This document shows, one piece after another, positions 28,401 to 38,900 of a stretch of DNA of 64,000 nucleotides (the stretch's first letter is position 1; each line of letters opens with the position of its first letter). The notes under the pieces are model-generated. The model was not told where the DNA came from, did no database searches, and saw only the letters and a list, made by a program, of their open reading frames with translations. The translations under genes and the position numbers were made by a program. Source of the stretch: a virus; IMG/VR virus record IMGVR_UViG_3300010883_028422, positions 1 to 64,000 of that record. One strand, 5' to 3'.

Positions 28401-30616
28401 ACAAGGTTGTTATAGATACGGGGGTTAATCTGGCTGACCATACTTCTGCTGATAGCAAACAGGCATCATCAGATTATGGAGCTTGGATAAATTTTCCCGT
28501 AAATATAACCGGAGAGGGGCACTCAACGGTCTTGGATATGATCAAGATATATAGTGACCAAGGCGAAGAGAGTGATGATAGGGCTAATTCTGGCAACCCT
28601 GACCATGATTCTTTTTTATATATTGCCGGCCCGGGATTAACTTCTACGCCAGATGGAAATTCTGATGTGCTAAGCAGTGGCTTTGTAACTCTAAGCAACT
28701 TTAGAATGAGACTCTGTGCGTTGCTTCTTCTAGATCCAAGCGTCAAAGATGGCGATGGGAATAAGCTTAACTGGGGAGTTAAAGTTGATAATGTAATATT
28801 TGATCAATCGGAAAAGTCCGGTTGGGGACAATATAATCGAGGAGTAGCGTTAACCCATGTAGATACGGCGTCGTCCACCATAGGGTCTGGCAATATAGCG
28901 ATATCAAATTGCGAATTTTTAAACTCACACATACATACTAACAATTGGGACGCCGCTGATCATAGAAATATAAGTATTTTAAACAATACCTTTAGAGGAT
29001 CTGGAGACGGGGCGGAAGATGGCGAAGACCATTATGCTGTTTACGTAGCAGGAGCTGGCCATATTTTTGATTGCGCAGATGTCGCAGCAGAAAATAATAT
29101 ATACTTCATAGGAAATGTTATTGCTGATAATCATGGTTTGACCACGCCTTATATTGATTCAGGAGGAGTTCACCCTTGGGGTGATAGGGTGAGCAGAAAC
29201 TTTATTGTCGGCGGAAGTGTTGGGATTGGAACATCTACTCCGGATGAGCTTTTGCATGTGCACTCAGAGACTGGGTCTGCGTTTATAAAATTAAGTGCAG
29301 ACCCGGATGACGATCCTGCTGGTGAGGCTTTAAATGTAGGAGTAATATTTGAACAAGATGGGGGCAATACTACGGGTGAGGTGAGGCTTGAGGGCGCAAC
29401 TGGTGCAACGTATACCGGCTCATATCAAAATGCATTATGCATAAACAAAACTGGTGGTTCTGATAATAAAGTCCAGATTGGTGCTAGTAATAGCATGGTC
29501 CTTACTGTGACAAACGATAGTGTTGGAGTCGATACAACTGCTCCTACGCGCGCGCTAGATGTTGATAAAGGCACCACAAGGTCAACTGTTTTTTATAGTA
29601 ATTCAATTGCTGGTGTTGGTGGGGTGAGCGATCTACGCAGTATCAATATGGCCGCTGGCGAGAATGGGGATTCACACAGTAGACTCTTTATAGCTGATAA
29701 CTCGGGTGACCAGGATATGGTCGTCACCAATACTAGCTATATATCACCATGCGTTGGGTTTCTTGGATGCACCGATCATGGAAATGCACACATTCAAACG
29801 GGCACTACAGCGATTATTGCATATCAACCAGCCCTCACTCTTTCTGATGATATACAAACCTCAGCAATTACTGCCACCGGACTCGTACAGGCATTGATAT
29901 GGGGCCAGTTTCTCGGAGAGCGCTGGCCTGATGATGGAATGAACCTCATCGTTGGAACGGGTAAGTATGGTGATATTTTTTATAGAGTAAGTGGTGATGG
30001 TCTTGGCGGATATAGTGTAACAAATTCTTTTACCGGCTCTCATGATACAGTATGCCCAAAGAGGGGACTTTCATCAGGCCTTATAGTGGAGTCAACCGGA
30101 GAGGTTTGGGGTAAGTTAGCAACAGGTTCTGGTGGCGGACGGTATGACGTGGGGCTTCCAAAAACTAGAATTTCAAAAACAAATGGCTCAAGAACAGTTT
30201 TTGGAGTCACAGGTGTTGATCCAAAGGAGAGCGTTCTTGCTGAAGATGATTCTGATGCTGCTGAGTTATATAAATCTGTTCCGAATCCAAACTTCGGCAA
30301 AGCGCTGCGAGGATGCTTTTCTGGTTATGCTAAAAATTTTGGTGTAAAAGATAACGAAATGCACATATCTGTTATGGCCCTGGGAGAGGGGGTTGTTTGG
30401 GTTACAAATATTAATGGCGAGATACAAAATGGTGACTATATAGAGTCATCGGTTATCCCTGGCCATGGAAGGCTTCAGGATGATGACATAATGAGATCAA
30501 GAACTGTGGCGAAGTGCACTGAGAGCATAGACTGGAATTCTATTACAGACACTATAGAGTATGAGGGTAAGCTATATAAAAAACATCTTACCTGCGCAAC
30601 CTTTCATTGCGGTTAA
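25478..30616 (+). CDS. Tailspike/appendage-like protein A: conserved anchor, beta-helix, fibre repeats and C-terminal autocleaving chaperone-like domain
   Basis: Beta-helix cap FSEIGPAIKYA...VHLKSG and repeats such as ISNCEFLNS/ISILNNTFRG. Fibre motif GGSVGIGTSTPDELLHV. C-terminal NSFTGSH...LGEGVVWVTNINGEIQNGDYIESS...DDDIMRSRTVAK, a peptidase G2-like intramolecular chaperone pattern. Confidence 0.7.
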   Translation: MPKSKYPTQLDTSIEIPVVRDNILEIGSDALNSIRSAIFQIERTLGINPQGAVGNTVADRLNKVVDGNGNILKEALSRANIVSGPISDSDISKTAAISEAKLNLNFPTQLLQDEISYINSQIDKVIALVDEINITLSAHINPFAINRHPATAISVEGVGVIPSDEGTRLLVDGSVQSIFELLYNAHINYTGSTISDENNSHLANQIFFDTSGSISSMTDAGDVQEVIEDLAASMLNFEINHQDLFHSNGILRFGRSEDPAFSGDGVEVYSEIYAGYIKTTLDGHKISKITMFDTVDSVDFNPERSDVISVSDGDLEKEMQIESIALSLDGSEIDSINVFGEFIDDSTDAAVISVVRNINQKVKDSGLLCTAGEVANDTSSYVIRVANPNSVSIISSGLNPEAFTSSVRYISLSIDNGVNISVDLYEASEARQTIDTVVARINEQAVEEHWDILAYRVDIENVTSEIAIVHNLPDTDTFSHTLKVKRSPLDNAIDSAGFVYIEDKEIVAEFGTDYYIQGRSYNGLREKVLTFDISFTTGERIIYAGSSAVNFEESGLSAGDTVTISGSSDDDGSYMVTGVRENQIELDIGQLPSGFTSPSSLGETYLFCYDNNLSLVNFNFDAISTTFGAMLFDVFMNIDQHIFAAKRLEYSVVNFSSQSLIEIVDFDGELRNDDSMSLSVYSDPIDGELYASLDGGDSIRITGMNSDVYLLSGARNIKLKILFKDEDLINAYIAANGDISTDIFCYSPINIDYNLLLSRVAFGNFKGRVIGGHGANSTRSISKLERGTVGVKDIGTSVKHKLLEQPIYDIRSNGVIHGLGVSNIQKTTADGFHFYTFDLERGVAYVMGERFELESATIITDIPSDGSVDKFFIFIDEYGNVRFEKADPACSSPTGDSEVCILAVMEDDGVTATAIDLRLFINDLDLKVLNSITVSPQPGMGHFSEIGPAIKYAKRFSEIFPNAGVPTVHLKSGVHKVVIDTGVNLADHTSADSKQASSDYGAWINFPVNITGEGHSTVLDMIKIYSDQGEESDDRANSGNPDHDSFLYIAGPGLTSTPDGNSDVLSSGFVTLSNFRMRLCALLLLDPSVKDGDGNKLNWGVKVDNVIFDQSEKSGWGQYNRGVALTHVDTASSTIGSGNIAISNCEFLNSHIHTNNWDAADHRNISILNNTFRGSGDGAEDGEDHYAVYVAGAGHIFDCADVAAENNIYFIGNVIADNHGLTTPYIDSGGVHPWGDRVSRNFIVGGSVGIGTSTPDELLHVHSETGSAFIKLSADPDDDPAGEALNVGVIFEQDGGNTTGEVRLEGATGATYTGSYQNALCINKTGGSDNKVQIGASNSMVLTVTNDSVGVDTTAPTRALDVDKGTTRSTVFYSNSIAGVGGVSDLRSINMAAGENGDSHSRLFIADNSGDQDMVVTNTSYISPCVGFLGCTDHGNAHIQTGTTAIIAYQPALTLSDDIQTSAITATGLVQALIWGQFLGERWPDDGMNLIVGTGKYGDIFYRVSGDGLGGYSVTNSFTGSHDTVCPKRGLSSGLIVESTGEVWGKLATGSGGGRYDVGLPKTRISKTNGSRTVFGVTGVDPKESVLAEDDSDAAELYKSVPNPNFGKALRGCFSGYAKNFGVKDNEMHISVMALGEGVVWVTNINGEIQNGDYIESSVIPGHGRLQDDDIMRSRTVAKCTESIDWNSITDTIEYEGKLYKKHLTCATFHCG
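25781..25846 (+). repeat. 66-bp perfect direct repeat, copy 1
   Basis: ttaaatttaaattttccaactcaactattgcaagatgaaatatcatatattaattcgcaaatagat, identical to 30932-30997. Confidence 0.95.
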
Positions 30617-30628
30617 AGAGGAACTAGA

Positions 30629-33600
30629 ATGCCAAAATCAAATTATCCAAATAAGCTAGACACTTCGGTAGAGATACCGGTTGTGCGTGATAATATAACG
30701 GAGATTGGCTCTGACGTTCTTAATAGCTTAAGGTCTGCTATATTTAATATAGAGAGAGCTCTTGGCATAAACCCGCATGGTGCCGTTGGTGGAACTGTAT
30801 CATCAAGGATATCAAGGTCTCTTGATGACACTGGAAATATAAAAAAAGAAGCTCTTGACCGCGCAAATGTGCTTTCTGGTCCATTATCAGATTCTGACGT
30901 ATCTCTTACGGCAGCAATAAAAGAATCTAAGTTAAATTTAAATTTTCCAACTCAACTATTGCAAGATGAAATATCATATATTAATTCGCAAATAGATGAT
31001 ATTATAAATAAGATACAAGAGCTAAATGCAATAATAGCTACACACATTCATCCTGATGCAATAGGTAGTCATAAAGCATCAGCGATATCCGTAGAGTCGA
31101 GTCCCAATAATCCTAGTGACACTTCAACAAACTCTCTTGGTACGAATGATCTGCAGGAAGCTTTAAAGACATTGTATGATAATCATATAAATTATACAGG
31201 CTTGAATATAAGTGAGACAAATAACTCACATCTTGCAAATCAAGTTTATTATAATAATGAAGATACAAAAGGCATTCTGTCAGACCTCGACGTTCAGTCA
31301 GCGATTACAAGCCTATCTCTGCTCGGCGCGCAGGGAATAAGGGACTTTGTCTTAAATTTAAGCTCAAATGGGATTGTTAGAGCAGGTTCTGTTTCAAATC
31401 AATACTTACAGAGTGACCTTGGCGAAGTTATAATTGACGAAACTCCTATAACATATTTTTATAATTTTGATTCTACGACAAGTATTATGATTCCGGAACA
31501 TCCAATTCCAAACGAAAGTATATCAGAATTTGATGTTCTTACTATATCTAATGCGACAAATTCTGATGATGACGGAAATTATAAAATAAAATCTGTAACC
31601 ATCAATGCATCACTTGAGGTTACAAATATAGAGATTTATGGAATTTTAAATTCTGATTCAGAATCTGGCACGATAGGTGTTGTTACAAAAAATATTTATT
31701 CTCCATATAATGAGAATGGGCTAAACTGTGCTGTTAGGCCGAGGTCACTAAAGACGAACACCCCGGACGTTCAAGTCGCAAACCCAAACTCTGCTACAGT
31801 TATTTCATCAAGAATATCTCCACAGTCGCTCACGGTGGACAATCATGTATTTTCCATATCTATTGATTCTGGAGATTTTATAGATATAGAAACCTATGAC
31901 GAAACAGCAAGTGAGCAAACTTTATCTTCTGTTATACATAAAATAAATACTCAGTTTGTAAGCATGCATTTGAATTGCCTCGCATATAGGCTCAGGGTTG
32001 GCATGTGCTATGAGCTTGCGATATCTCATAATATTCCAAACATGGGCAGTGATCTTAAGAGGAGGATTATAACTGTAAAATCTGCAGACTCTCTTGATGG
32101 GTTAGCCGTTCTTGGTATGTTTGGGCTAAATGAGGTTGAGCATGTTGGTAGGGCGTCTAATGCGTATCACATAAATGGATACATACATTCAGATTTTGGA
32201 AGAATACAGTTCCTCACATCAGATGACTTAACGATGACAACAGGAACTACGAGGCTTGCTTTTGTGTCTGAGGCTGGCGCTCTGGAATACGATGTAAGGG
32301 TCGGAGATATTTTAGTTATAGATGGATCTTCTGAATCATCAGATGATGGAACCTATAGAATAAAGACTTTAAATGAATCATCTATATATGTTGATGATAG
32401 TTCTGTTGCATTTTCAGGTGAATTAGAGCGTGATACTTCTGTTGTATATATAATACGGTGCACAATTCCCGTTGGAGAAATGACATTTACAGAGGCCGTT
32501 CTTCCGGATGGAACAATCCTTTTTGATGGATTTTTGGATGAAGAAAAGAACGTATTTTTCAAAAAGAGAATGGAGGTTGATGGGGACTTGGTCGTAACAG
32601 GGTTTGTTGTTGGTGTAGTTGATGTGTCAAGAAACTTTATAAAAGCTGATGAAGAAGCAACGTTAAAAGTTTATCCTGATAGCACCATGGATCTTGAGGG
32701 CCCGCTTGGCATGCGCGGGCCAAAGGTATTCGCCGGTAGTAGCGGGGAGTACAAGGTATATTCCGCTGATGGATTGTCATATATAGTTGTTCATGTCCAT
32801 ACGACCAGTGCACCTCCTGTCGAAATGACAGTGACTCTTCATGGGTTTGACGAGATCATGGGTGGTGCTCTTTGGCTTTGCAGAGGTATGTTCTCTAATT
32901 CCTTGGGGTATGTTATCGGCCATGTTGATGGAGACCAGTGGGTGCCGACCGTTATAGACAAGAGGGCTACGGGCACTGTTGATGACACGATTATAAGTGA
33001 AAATATATTAGAAAGATATATACAGGGGCCAAGAAACGAGCTTCGTGGATCTGGAGTTATAAGGGGCCTTGAGATAACAAATCATACTAGTCATGCAGAT
33101 TTGCTTGATGACGGCGTTACTGTCGATTCATATCAGACTGTTGATATATCTGCTGGAGTTGCAGTTGTTAATGGAATAAGAATTGAGTTTGTTGGTGCAA
33201 ATAGTTATAGGGTAAATTTAACTGATGACTTTTATATCGCGATGGATGCATATGGATGTATAATATATGCACCTCCGACACCACCCGCACCTGTAAAATT
33301 TCCATTTAAAGATGTAAATGTTGCACTTTTAGCGCATGTAGATATTTCTGAATTTTTAGCTACAGACTTAAGATTATTTGTTGACCATATTGATTATAAG
33401 TATCTTGGAGATGTTACTGTTTCAAATGACCAGAGGTTTAGCCACTTTACAAATATACACAAAGCTGTAGATTACGCCAGGATGTTTTCTAAAATATTTC
33501 CAGACATGGGCACCCCAACTATTTTTGTAAAAGAAGGAGAGTACGAGGTAGAGGAGACGATCTTTTTAGATTTTGACTTAACTTTTCGTGGAGCAGGACC

Positions 33601-34177
33601 TCAGACTATACTAAAAAGATCTGCTGATTTTGGACTCCTCGGCTCTTCCCCGGAATGGGCTGCAAATGAAGTTATTGTGCTTGGAGCAAAGTATGATAGC
33701 TCCGGATCTCATGCGGCAGATGACATCGCAGGCGGAATAACCCTGCAAGATTTCTCTTATTATGGCCTATCTGGAGAGACTGGAGGAGATTGCACGATAC
33801 AAATTAGGCATGATACGACTGTTAATTCCGATAGTCACTTTTTTGTTATTAAAGGAATTCGATTTATTGCAGCAGATGATTATCTGCTAGACCTAGACCC
33901 ACTGGTAAGCGTTCCAAACGAAATGCCAATTCATATTGGCGCAGATGATTCTGGTAGCTTTGAAAATATTCTAATAGAAGGCTGTTATTTTGATGGTATG
34001 GGCTATATGGAGGGAGTTGTGTATTTGAACTCTGATAATGATTATAGAAATATAAATGTTGTTGGTAATATTTCAAGAAGGACAATCGACCCTGCATTTG
34101 GTATGATTATAACATCAGCTGCAGGCATAACCACATCTGGTGTGCAAGAAGTCTCCAACGTTATTGACTATGTGTAG
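30629..34177 (+). CDS. Tailspike/appendage-like protein B, paralog of A, with C-terminal beta-helix
   Basis: Aligns to A by eye over about 950 aa (MPKSNYPNKLDTSVEIPVVRDNI; VANPNS; DLRLF; HFTNIHKAVDYARMFSKIFP). Diverges into a shorter beta-helix (IEGCYFDG, INVVGNIS) with no chaperone tail. Confidence 0.7.
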   Translation: MPKSNYPNKLDTSVEIPVVRDNITEIGSDVLNSLRSAIFNIERALGINPHGAVGGTVSSRISRSLDDTGNIKKEALDRANVLSGPLSDSDVSLTAAIKESKLNLNFPTQLLQDEISYINSQIDDIINKIQELNAIIATHIHPDAIGSHKASAISVESSPNNPSDTSTNSLGTNDLQEALKTLYDNHINYTGLNISETNNSHLANQVYYNNEDTKGILSDLDVQSAITSLSLLGAQGIRDFVLNLSSNGIVRAGSVSNQYLQSDLGEVIIDETPITYFYNFDSTTSIMIPEHPIPNESISEFDVLTISNATNSDDDGNYKIKSVTINASLEVTNIEIYGILNSDSESGTIGVVTKNIYSPYNENGLNCAVRPRSLKTNTPDVQVANPNSATVISSRISPQSLTVDNHVFSISIDSGDFIDIETYDETASEQTLSSVIHKINTQFVSMHLNCLAYRLRVGMCYELAISHNIPNMGSDLKRRIITVKSADSLDGLAVLGMFGLNEVEHVGRASNAYHINGYIHSDFGRIQFLTSDDLTMTTGTTRLAFVSEAGALEYDVRVGDILVIDGSSESSDDGTYRIKTLNESSIYVDDSSVAFSGELERDTSVVYIIRCTIPVGEMTFTEAVLPDGTILFDGFLDEEKNVFFKKRMEVDGDLVVTGFVVGVVDVSRNFIKADEEATLKVYPDSTMDLEGPLGMRGPKVFAGSSGEYKVYSADGLSYIVVHVHTTSAPPVEMTVTLHGFDEIMGGALWLCRGMFSNSLGYVIGHVDGDQWVPTVIDKRATGTVDDTIISENILERYIQGPRNELRGSGVIRGLEITNHTSHADLLDDGVTVDSYQTVDISAGVAVVNGIRIEFVGANSYRVNLTDDFYIAMDAYGCIIYAPPTPPAPVKFPFKDVNVALLAHVDISEFLATDLRLFVDHIDYKYLGDVTVSNDQRFSHFTNIHKAVDYARMFSKIFPDMGTPTIFVKEGEYEVEETIFLDFDLTFRGAGPQTILKRSADFGLLGSSPEWAANEVIVLGAKYDSSGSHAADDIAGGITLQDFSYYGLSGETGGDCTIQIRHDTTVNSDSHFFVIKGIRFIAADDYLLDLDPLVSVPNEMPIHIGADDSGSFENILIEGCYFDGMGYMEGVVYLNSDNDYRNINVVGNISRRTIDPAFGMIITSAAGITTSGVQEVSNVIDYV
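30932..30997 (+). repeat. 66-bp perfect direct repeat, copy 2
   Basis: Identical to 25781-25846. Spacing 5151 bp. Confidence 0.95.
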
Positions 34178-34208
34178 GCTGATATGTCTATAAACAATAG
34201 AGGTTCTA

Positions 34209-34697
34209 ATGTCAGATAATAATAGAGCTGAATCTGCAATTGATATGATTTTTAACTTATCGAGTCAGATTGAGCTTTTAGATAAAAAACTAACGGTTAT
34301 TGACTCAAATTTAAAATTATTAAACAATAAAGTTTCAAAACTATCAAAGCAAGAGCAGGGAAGACCTCTTGCTTTGAATGTAGACAGAGATTTCAAAAAT
34401 AATTCTGATAATGTAATTGTAGATGACGAAGCAGGGCCCAATGGGCTGATTCTCGGAAATGTGTCAGTATTTGGACATATAATAGGTGGAAATAAAAAAC
34501 CAATAAGTGATGTATTTGTAACCCTGTATGATTCAAAAAACAAATTAATAAAAGATATATCAAGCAATAAAGATGGATTTTGGTCAGTAAGACTTCCTTC
34601 GGGAGATTATTCGGTTAAGTATGAGATAGAAGGGTATAAGGATATTAAGCGTAAATTTGAATTAAAAGACAATATGAAAAGGTATGAGGTAAAGTGA
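34209..34697 (+). CDS. Coiled-coil plus carboxypeptidase-regulatory-like (beta-sandwich) domain protein
   Basis: N-terminal heptads (LSSQIELLDKKLTVIDSNLKLL). C-terminal VFGHII...KPISDVFVTLYD...SNKDGFWSVRLPSGDYSVKYEIEGYK. Confidence 0.65.
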   Translation: MSDNNRAESAIDMIFNLSSQIELLDKKLTVIDSNLKLLNNKVSKLSKQEQGRPLALNVDRDFKNNSDNVIVDDEAGPNGLILGNVSVFGHIIGGNKKPISDVFVTLYDSKNKLIKDISSNKDGFWSVRLPSGDYSVKYEIEGYKDIKRKFELKDNMKRYEVK

Positions 34698-35041
34698 TGT
34701 TTTCTTTGAAAATTTTTAATAAAATAGATAATAGATCTGGTAACTTTAACGAGACATTAAAAACAATTCTTGGGATTTTAAATTCAAAATTAAAAAAACC
34801 AACAAAAGTTATTTCTGATAAAAATTGTATAGAAGTTACATTTGGCTCCTCTGAGTGGCCCATAAATGATGGGATAGTTACTGAGTTAGTTATTAAAAAA
34901 ACATTATTTATTAATAATGATGATTTAAAAGATAGGCAGAAACTTGATGCTTATATCTCCGAAATAAGAGGCTTTTGTGATGGTGCAACAAGCATAGAGA
35001 ATGTTGAATATCTTCCTTTGCATTTTAGAGAGCAAGCTTAA
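34694..35041 (+). CDS. Hypothetical protein
   Basis: 115 aa, overlapping the upstream stop. Confidence 0.6.
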   Translation: MMFSLKIFNKIDNRSGNFNETLKTILGILNSKLKKPTKVISDKNCIEVTFGSSEWPINDGIVTELVIKKTLFINNDDLKDRQKLDAYISEIRGFCDGATSIENVEYLPLHFREQA

Positions 35042-35056
35042 TATAAGGGGTTAATA

Positions 35057-35863
35057 ATGTCAGATGTTCAAAACTTGCCAGGAACAGGTATCCGTGGCGA
35101 ACACAGAGTTTATTCTGATTTCTTTTCTGATAATAATATTATTCAGCAAACAGCAATCGTTGCGCCAAAAAGCCTTCTCATAGACGGGCTCAGAAGTGTT
35201 TTTAGAAATGATAATATTTTTACATATCGTGCCGATGAATATGGGTATCCACTAACTGTTGACTTGACAGGTGGAGATATAGATTCTGAAGACACCACAA
35301 AAATATTAATATCCGACGCATATAGATATGATGTAAAGTTTTTTCCTGCTATAATTATAAAGTCATCTGGTGGCACATACAAGCCATTATCGTTTAATCA
35401 AAATATGACATATAGATACAGAAGGGAGGCGGTTACGGATGAGTATGGTGCGACAAGGGTTGTTAGCACACCAACTCACAGGGTGTATTCCGGCTTTTGG
35501 GATATGAATTTTGAAGTCGGAATATATTCGGAAAGTTACTCTGAGCTGGAGGAGTTGGTGGACATAGTATCAATAGCTCTTCAGTACACACTTTGGAATG
35601 ATTTAAGAGAAAATGGTTTATTTATAAAAAGATTAAGCATTGGCGCTGAATCTGCCGAGCCATATGCTAATGACTATATATATAGTCAGAATATATCTAT
35701 AAACACTCATAGTGAGTGGAGAGTTGAAATTCCGCTGGATAATGTGATAGAAAAATTGGTGTTTTATTTTGATTCCGTTATGCACCCAATACCGGGTCAA
35801 AAAGATGAGGCGGACATGCTTAGTTTGAATTACAATGACATATTACAATTATCAGAAATATAG
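35057..35863 (+). CDS. Probable tail terminator (tail completion) protein
   Basis: FPAIIIK...DMNFEVGIYSESYSELEELVDIVSIAL pattern of gpU/gp15-like folds. Lies immediately before the sheath. Confidence 0.65.
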   Translation: MSDVQNLPGTGIRGEHRVYSDFFSDNNIIQQTAIVAPKSLLIDGLRSVFRNDNIFTYRADEYGYPLTVDLTGGDIDSEDTTKILISDAYRYDVKFFPAIIIKSSGGTYKPLSFNQNMTYRYRREAVTDEYGATRVVSTPTHRVYSGFWDMNFEVGIYSESYSELEELVDIVSIALQYTLWNDLRENGLFIKRLSIGAESAEPYANDYIYSQNISINTHSEWRVEIPLDNVIEKLVFYFDSVMHPIPGQKDEADMLSLNYNDILQLSEI

Positions 35864-35936
35864 AAAATGATTTTAAAAAACAAACTACTAATAATAATAA
35901 CTCAAATGAGTTATGTATTGAATCGGAGGATGATAG

Positions 35937-38900
35937 ATGCCTAATATACCAGGAATATCAGGATACACACAGCCCGGTGTTTTTGCTAGGGATCGTGTTG
36001 TATCAAGAGGGGTTTCGATCCCTGGGGGGATACGAATTGCATGCATTATGGGCGAGGGCATTCGCGAGGAACTTGTCGTTGCTAATGCGGCAGGATCCGG
36101 TGCGGATGGGAATGCCACAATAAGCCCAACTGGGAGCGGTGATGGAAGGTATTTCAGCCTTGCCTCATCTCCCGTTATTAGCGGAAGAACAGAGCTTTAT
36201 CTAAACGGGTCTATCCTGTATGGGCAAGAGGCCTCTACTAGGGTTAACGGTGTATGGGACTCGGCTGGCTTCTCTGGAGAGTTTGACTATAGGGTTGACA
36301 TTACAAATGGGGCAATTGAGCTTCAAGGCGCATCTATAGGGGATCAAGACGGAGCTATGTTTTCTGCGTCTTCTTTAAACATAGGTGATACAATAATTTT
36401 ATCTGGTACATGCGGCACAAGTGAGCTCATATCGACCGTTGACTCAAACGCTCCAGAGGAGCGCTGGACGGTTAGGTGCGTTAGTGTCGCTAGGGATTCA
36501 AATGGCGACCCAATTGCCGGAAGAGCGACCTTTACAGTCTCCGGATCATCGTCTGGATTAGTAAGAGATAGGGCCGGCTCGCCGTATTTTTGGGATAGCA
36601 ATGCATATATGTCTGCGGCTGGTGCATTATCCGGGTCTGCAACTCCGGACGAAGGTGTTGTTGTTGCTCAAGGAGATACTACGTCAGCAGACGGCAGCCT
36701 TTCTTCTGCAGATTTTTGGCCAGATGGTACGTTAGTAGTAAGAACCATCGGGGATTTATTAACTGATGAGTTTGATGTGCCAGGAAACCTCTTAGCCGCA
36801 GGGCAGGCTATGGTCGGAGATCATTTGGCGGTTACCGGCGAAGATATTGTTACAATAAGTAATATCGCTTATAATGCCATAACAGATGTTACAACTATAA
36901 CTGTTGAAAGTGTAGTTTTAACAGCAACTGGTGCAGCTACCACCTGGGTCATCTATGCCACAAATATGTTGGTTGATGATAGCACAGAGGTTCACAACCA
37001 TATGGACGGAACTATCGATGGTGGAAGCGCGGGTAGCTTTACAAGCTCTGATGTCGGTAAGGTCGTATTAGTGTGTGCTGGTGAGGCCGAAGGTAGATAT
37101 TATATTTCTGCCGTAAATTCATCCAGAAGAGCGAGGCTTGTTTCGTTTGACGACGACTCTGCAGGCCTCCCATCTGCTGCTAGTGGGGGAGGCGGAACTC
37201 CAGTTAGTGGTGGTTTTATTGCTGGCTTTGGCGCAACTCAGTTTTATTTATTACAAACAAATGGGGTGTTGCTATTTGGACTTCAAGCTCAGACCATTCC
37301 ATCGGAAGTTGGAGATAAATTCTATATTGATATAAAGTCAAAAACACTTAGTCTTGGCGATACTCTTGAGACAAGATATATTTATCAGCTAGATTTAGAA
37401 GATCCAGAATATTTTAGTTCGGCTCAGGATTTAATGAATAAACACGGCACTCCGAGTCTTACAAACACATTATCTCTTGGTGCGCAAATGGCGTTTGAAA
37501 ATGGAGCGCCAGCAGTGCTTGCCCTCCAGTGCAGGCCACCGCTTCCAAGAAGAACTTCTTCTCATATATTGGAAGAGGCTGTAGATGGTGTTGGTGGATT
37601 TAGTGGCGGAAGTGAAATTGATGATTTATACTTCCCATTGACGCGCCCAGTCTTAGGGCTTCTTGATGGCAGGCCAGACACAGATACCCAAGTTAACATA
37701 ATGATTATAAGAAATGGCGCAGAGACACAGACCTTTCCAAATAAAATTGGGTTTTATAACTCTCAGTATGAAAACGCAGTTGGTCAGACTACATTTATAA
37801 CAGGGGCAGATACTGCGTATTCGTACACTATTGTAAATACAGAAAGAGACGTTCTCGGGACAGGTGATTCTGGAGCCATATCATCGGCCAGCAGTGAGTT
37901 TTCTTCTGCAGAGTTTGATTTTGACGGTGAAGATATAAACCCGGGATCCGCAATGATCGTTGTGCAGTCGCTGGTTGACATTACAGACACTGTATTAACC
38001 ACTCAGGCGGATATTGCAACCTATCTTTTTGGTGATGCAACTGAAACTGCCGTATTGGTTGTTTCGAGCATATCTGATGACAATACGGTTGTGGTGCAGT
38101 CAGAGAATGGGGGCTTGGCAATTTTAGCTGGACATGAAGCAACGGATGTTCAATTTTATGTTTATGATGATTCAACAACTGGCGGTGGCGCAGCTCTTAT
38201 GTTAAATGCAGATCTTGTTACAAATCAGATTTTGCAGCAAGGTGATGGGATTAGGGTCTCATATATAGATGAGCGAGATGCAAACTTTTTCGATGTTAAT
38301 TGGTTTAGCGCACTCGAAAGACTTGAGGCTGCTGATGCTCAAATGATTATTCCTCTTCCAACTAAAAATAGGTTTGGAATATTTAGAGCGGCAGTCAATC
38401 ACTGCGAAAATATGAGTACAATTGCTATACAAAAAGAAAGAATGGCTCTGTTCGGTGCACAAAGAGGCATTACAGCAGAGGCGCTTGTCGGGATGGAAGA
38501 ACTCGCTGTCGAGGATATTGGAGTTATAGAGGGAATTCAGGGCGACGATCCAGAAGAGGTCCTTGATGGGAACATCGAAGACTTGGTTAATCTGAAGCTT
38601 AGTGATAATTACACTAGTAATCGTGCAGTTTATTTTTTCCCAGATGAGATAGTTAGAAATGTAAATGGAACAAATACCTTTATTGATGGATTTTATATGG
38701 CAGCATGTGCGGCGGGCTGGCTATCTGCCAGGCAGAATGTTGCTATACCGCTAACATATAAGAAGTTGAGTGGGTTTTCCATATTGCGAGATAAGAATTA
38801 TACGAGGACTATGCAAAATTCAATCGGCTCTGTTGGCGGGACATTAGTTACGCCTGTTACTGGTGGGGGCAAGATTCTTCACGCAAGAACAACTAGTAAC

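Noticed and set aside
25478-34177. Diversity-generating retroelement (TR/VR pair) as an explanation for the repeat
   Set aside because: The copies are identical rather than differing at adenines, both lie in N-terminal coding regions, and no reverse transcriptase is present in the window.
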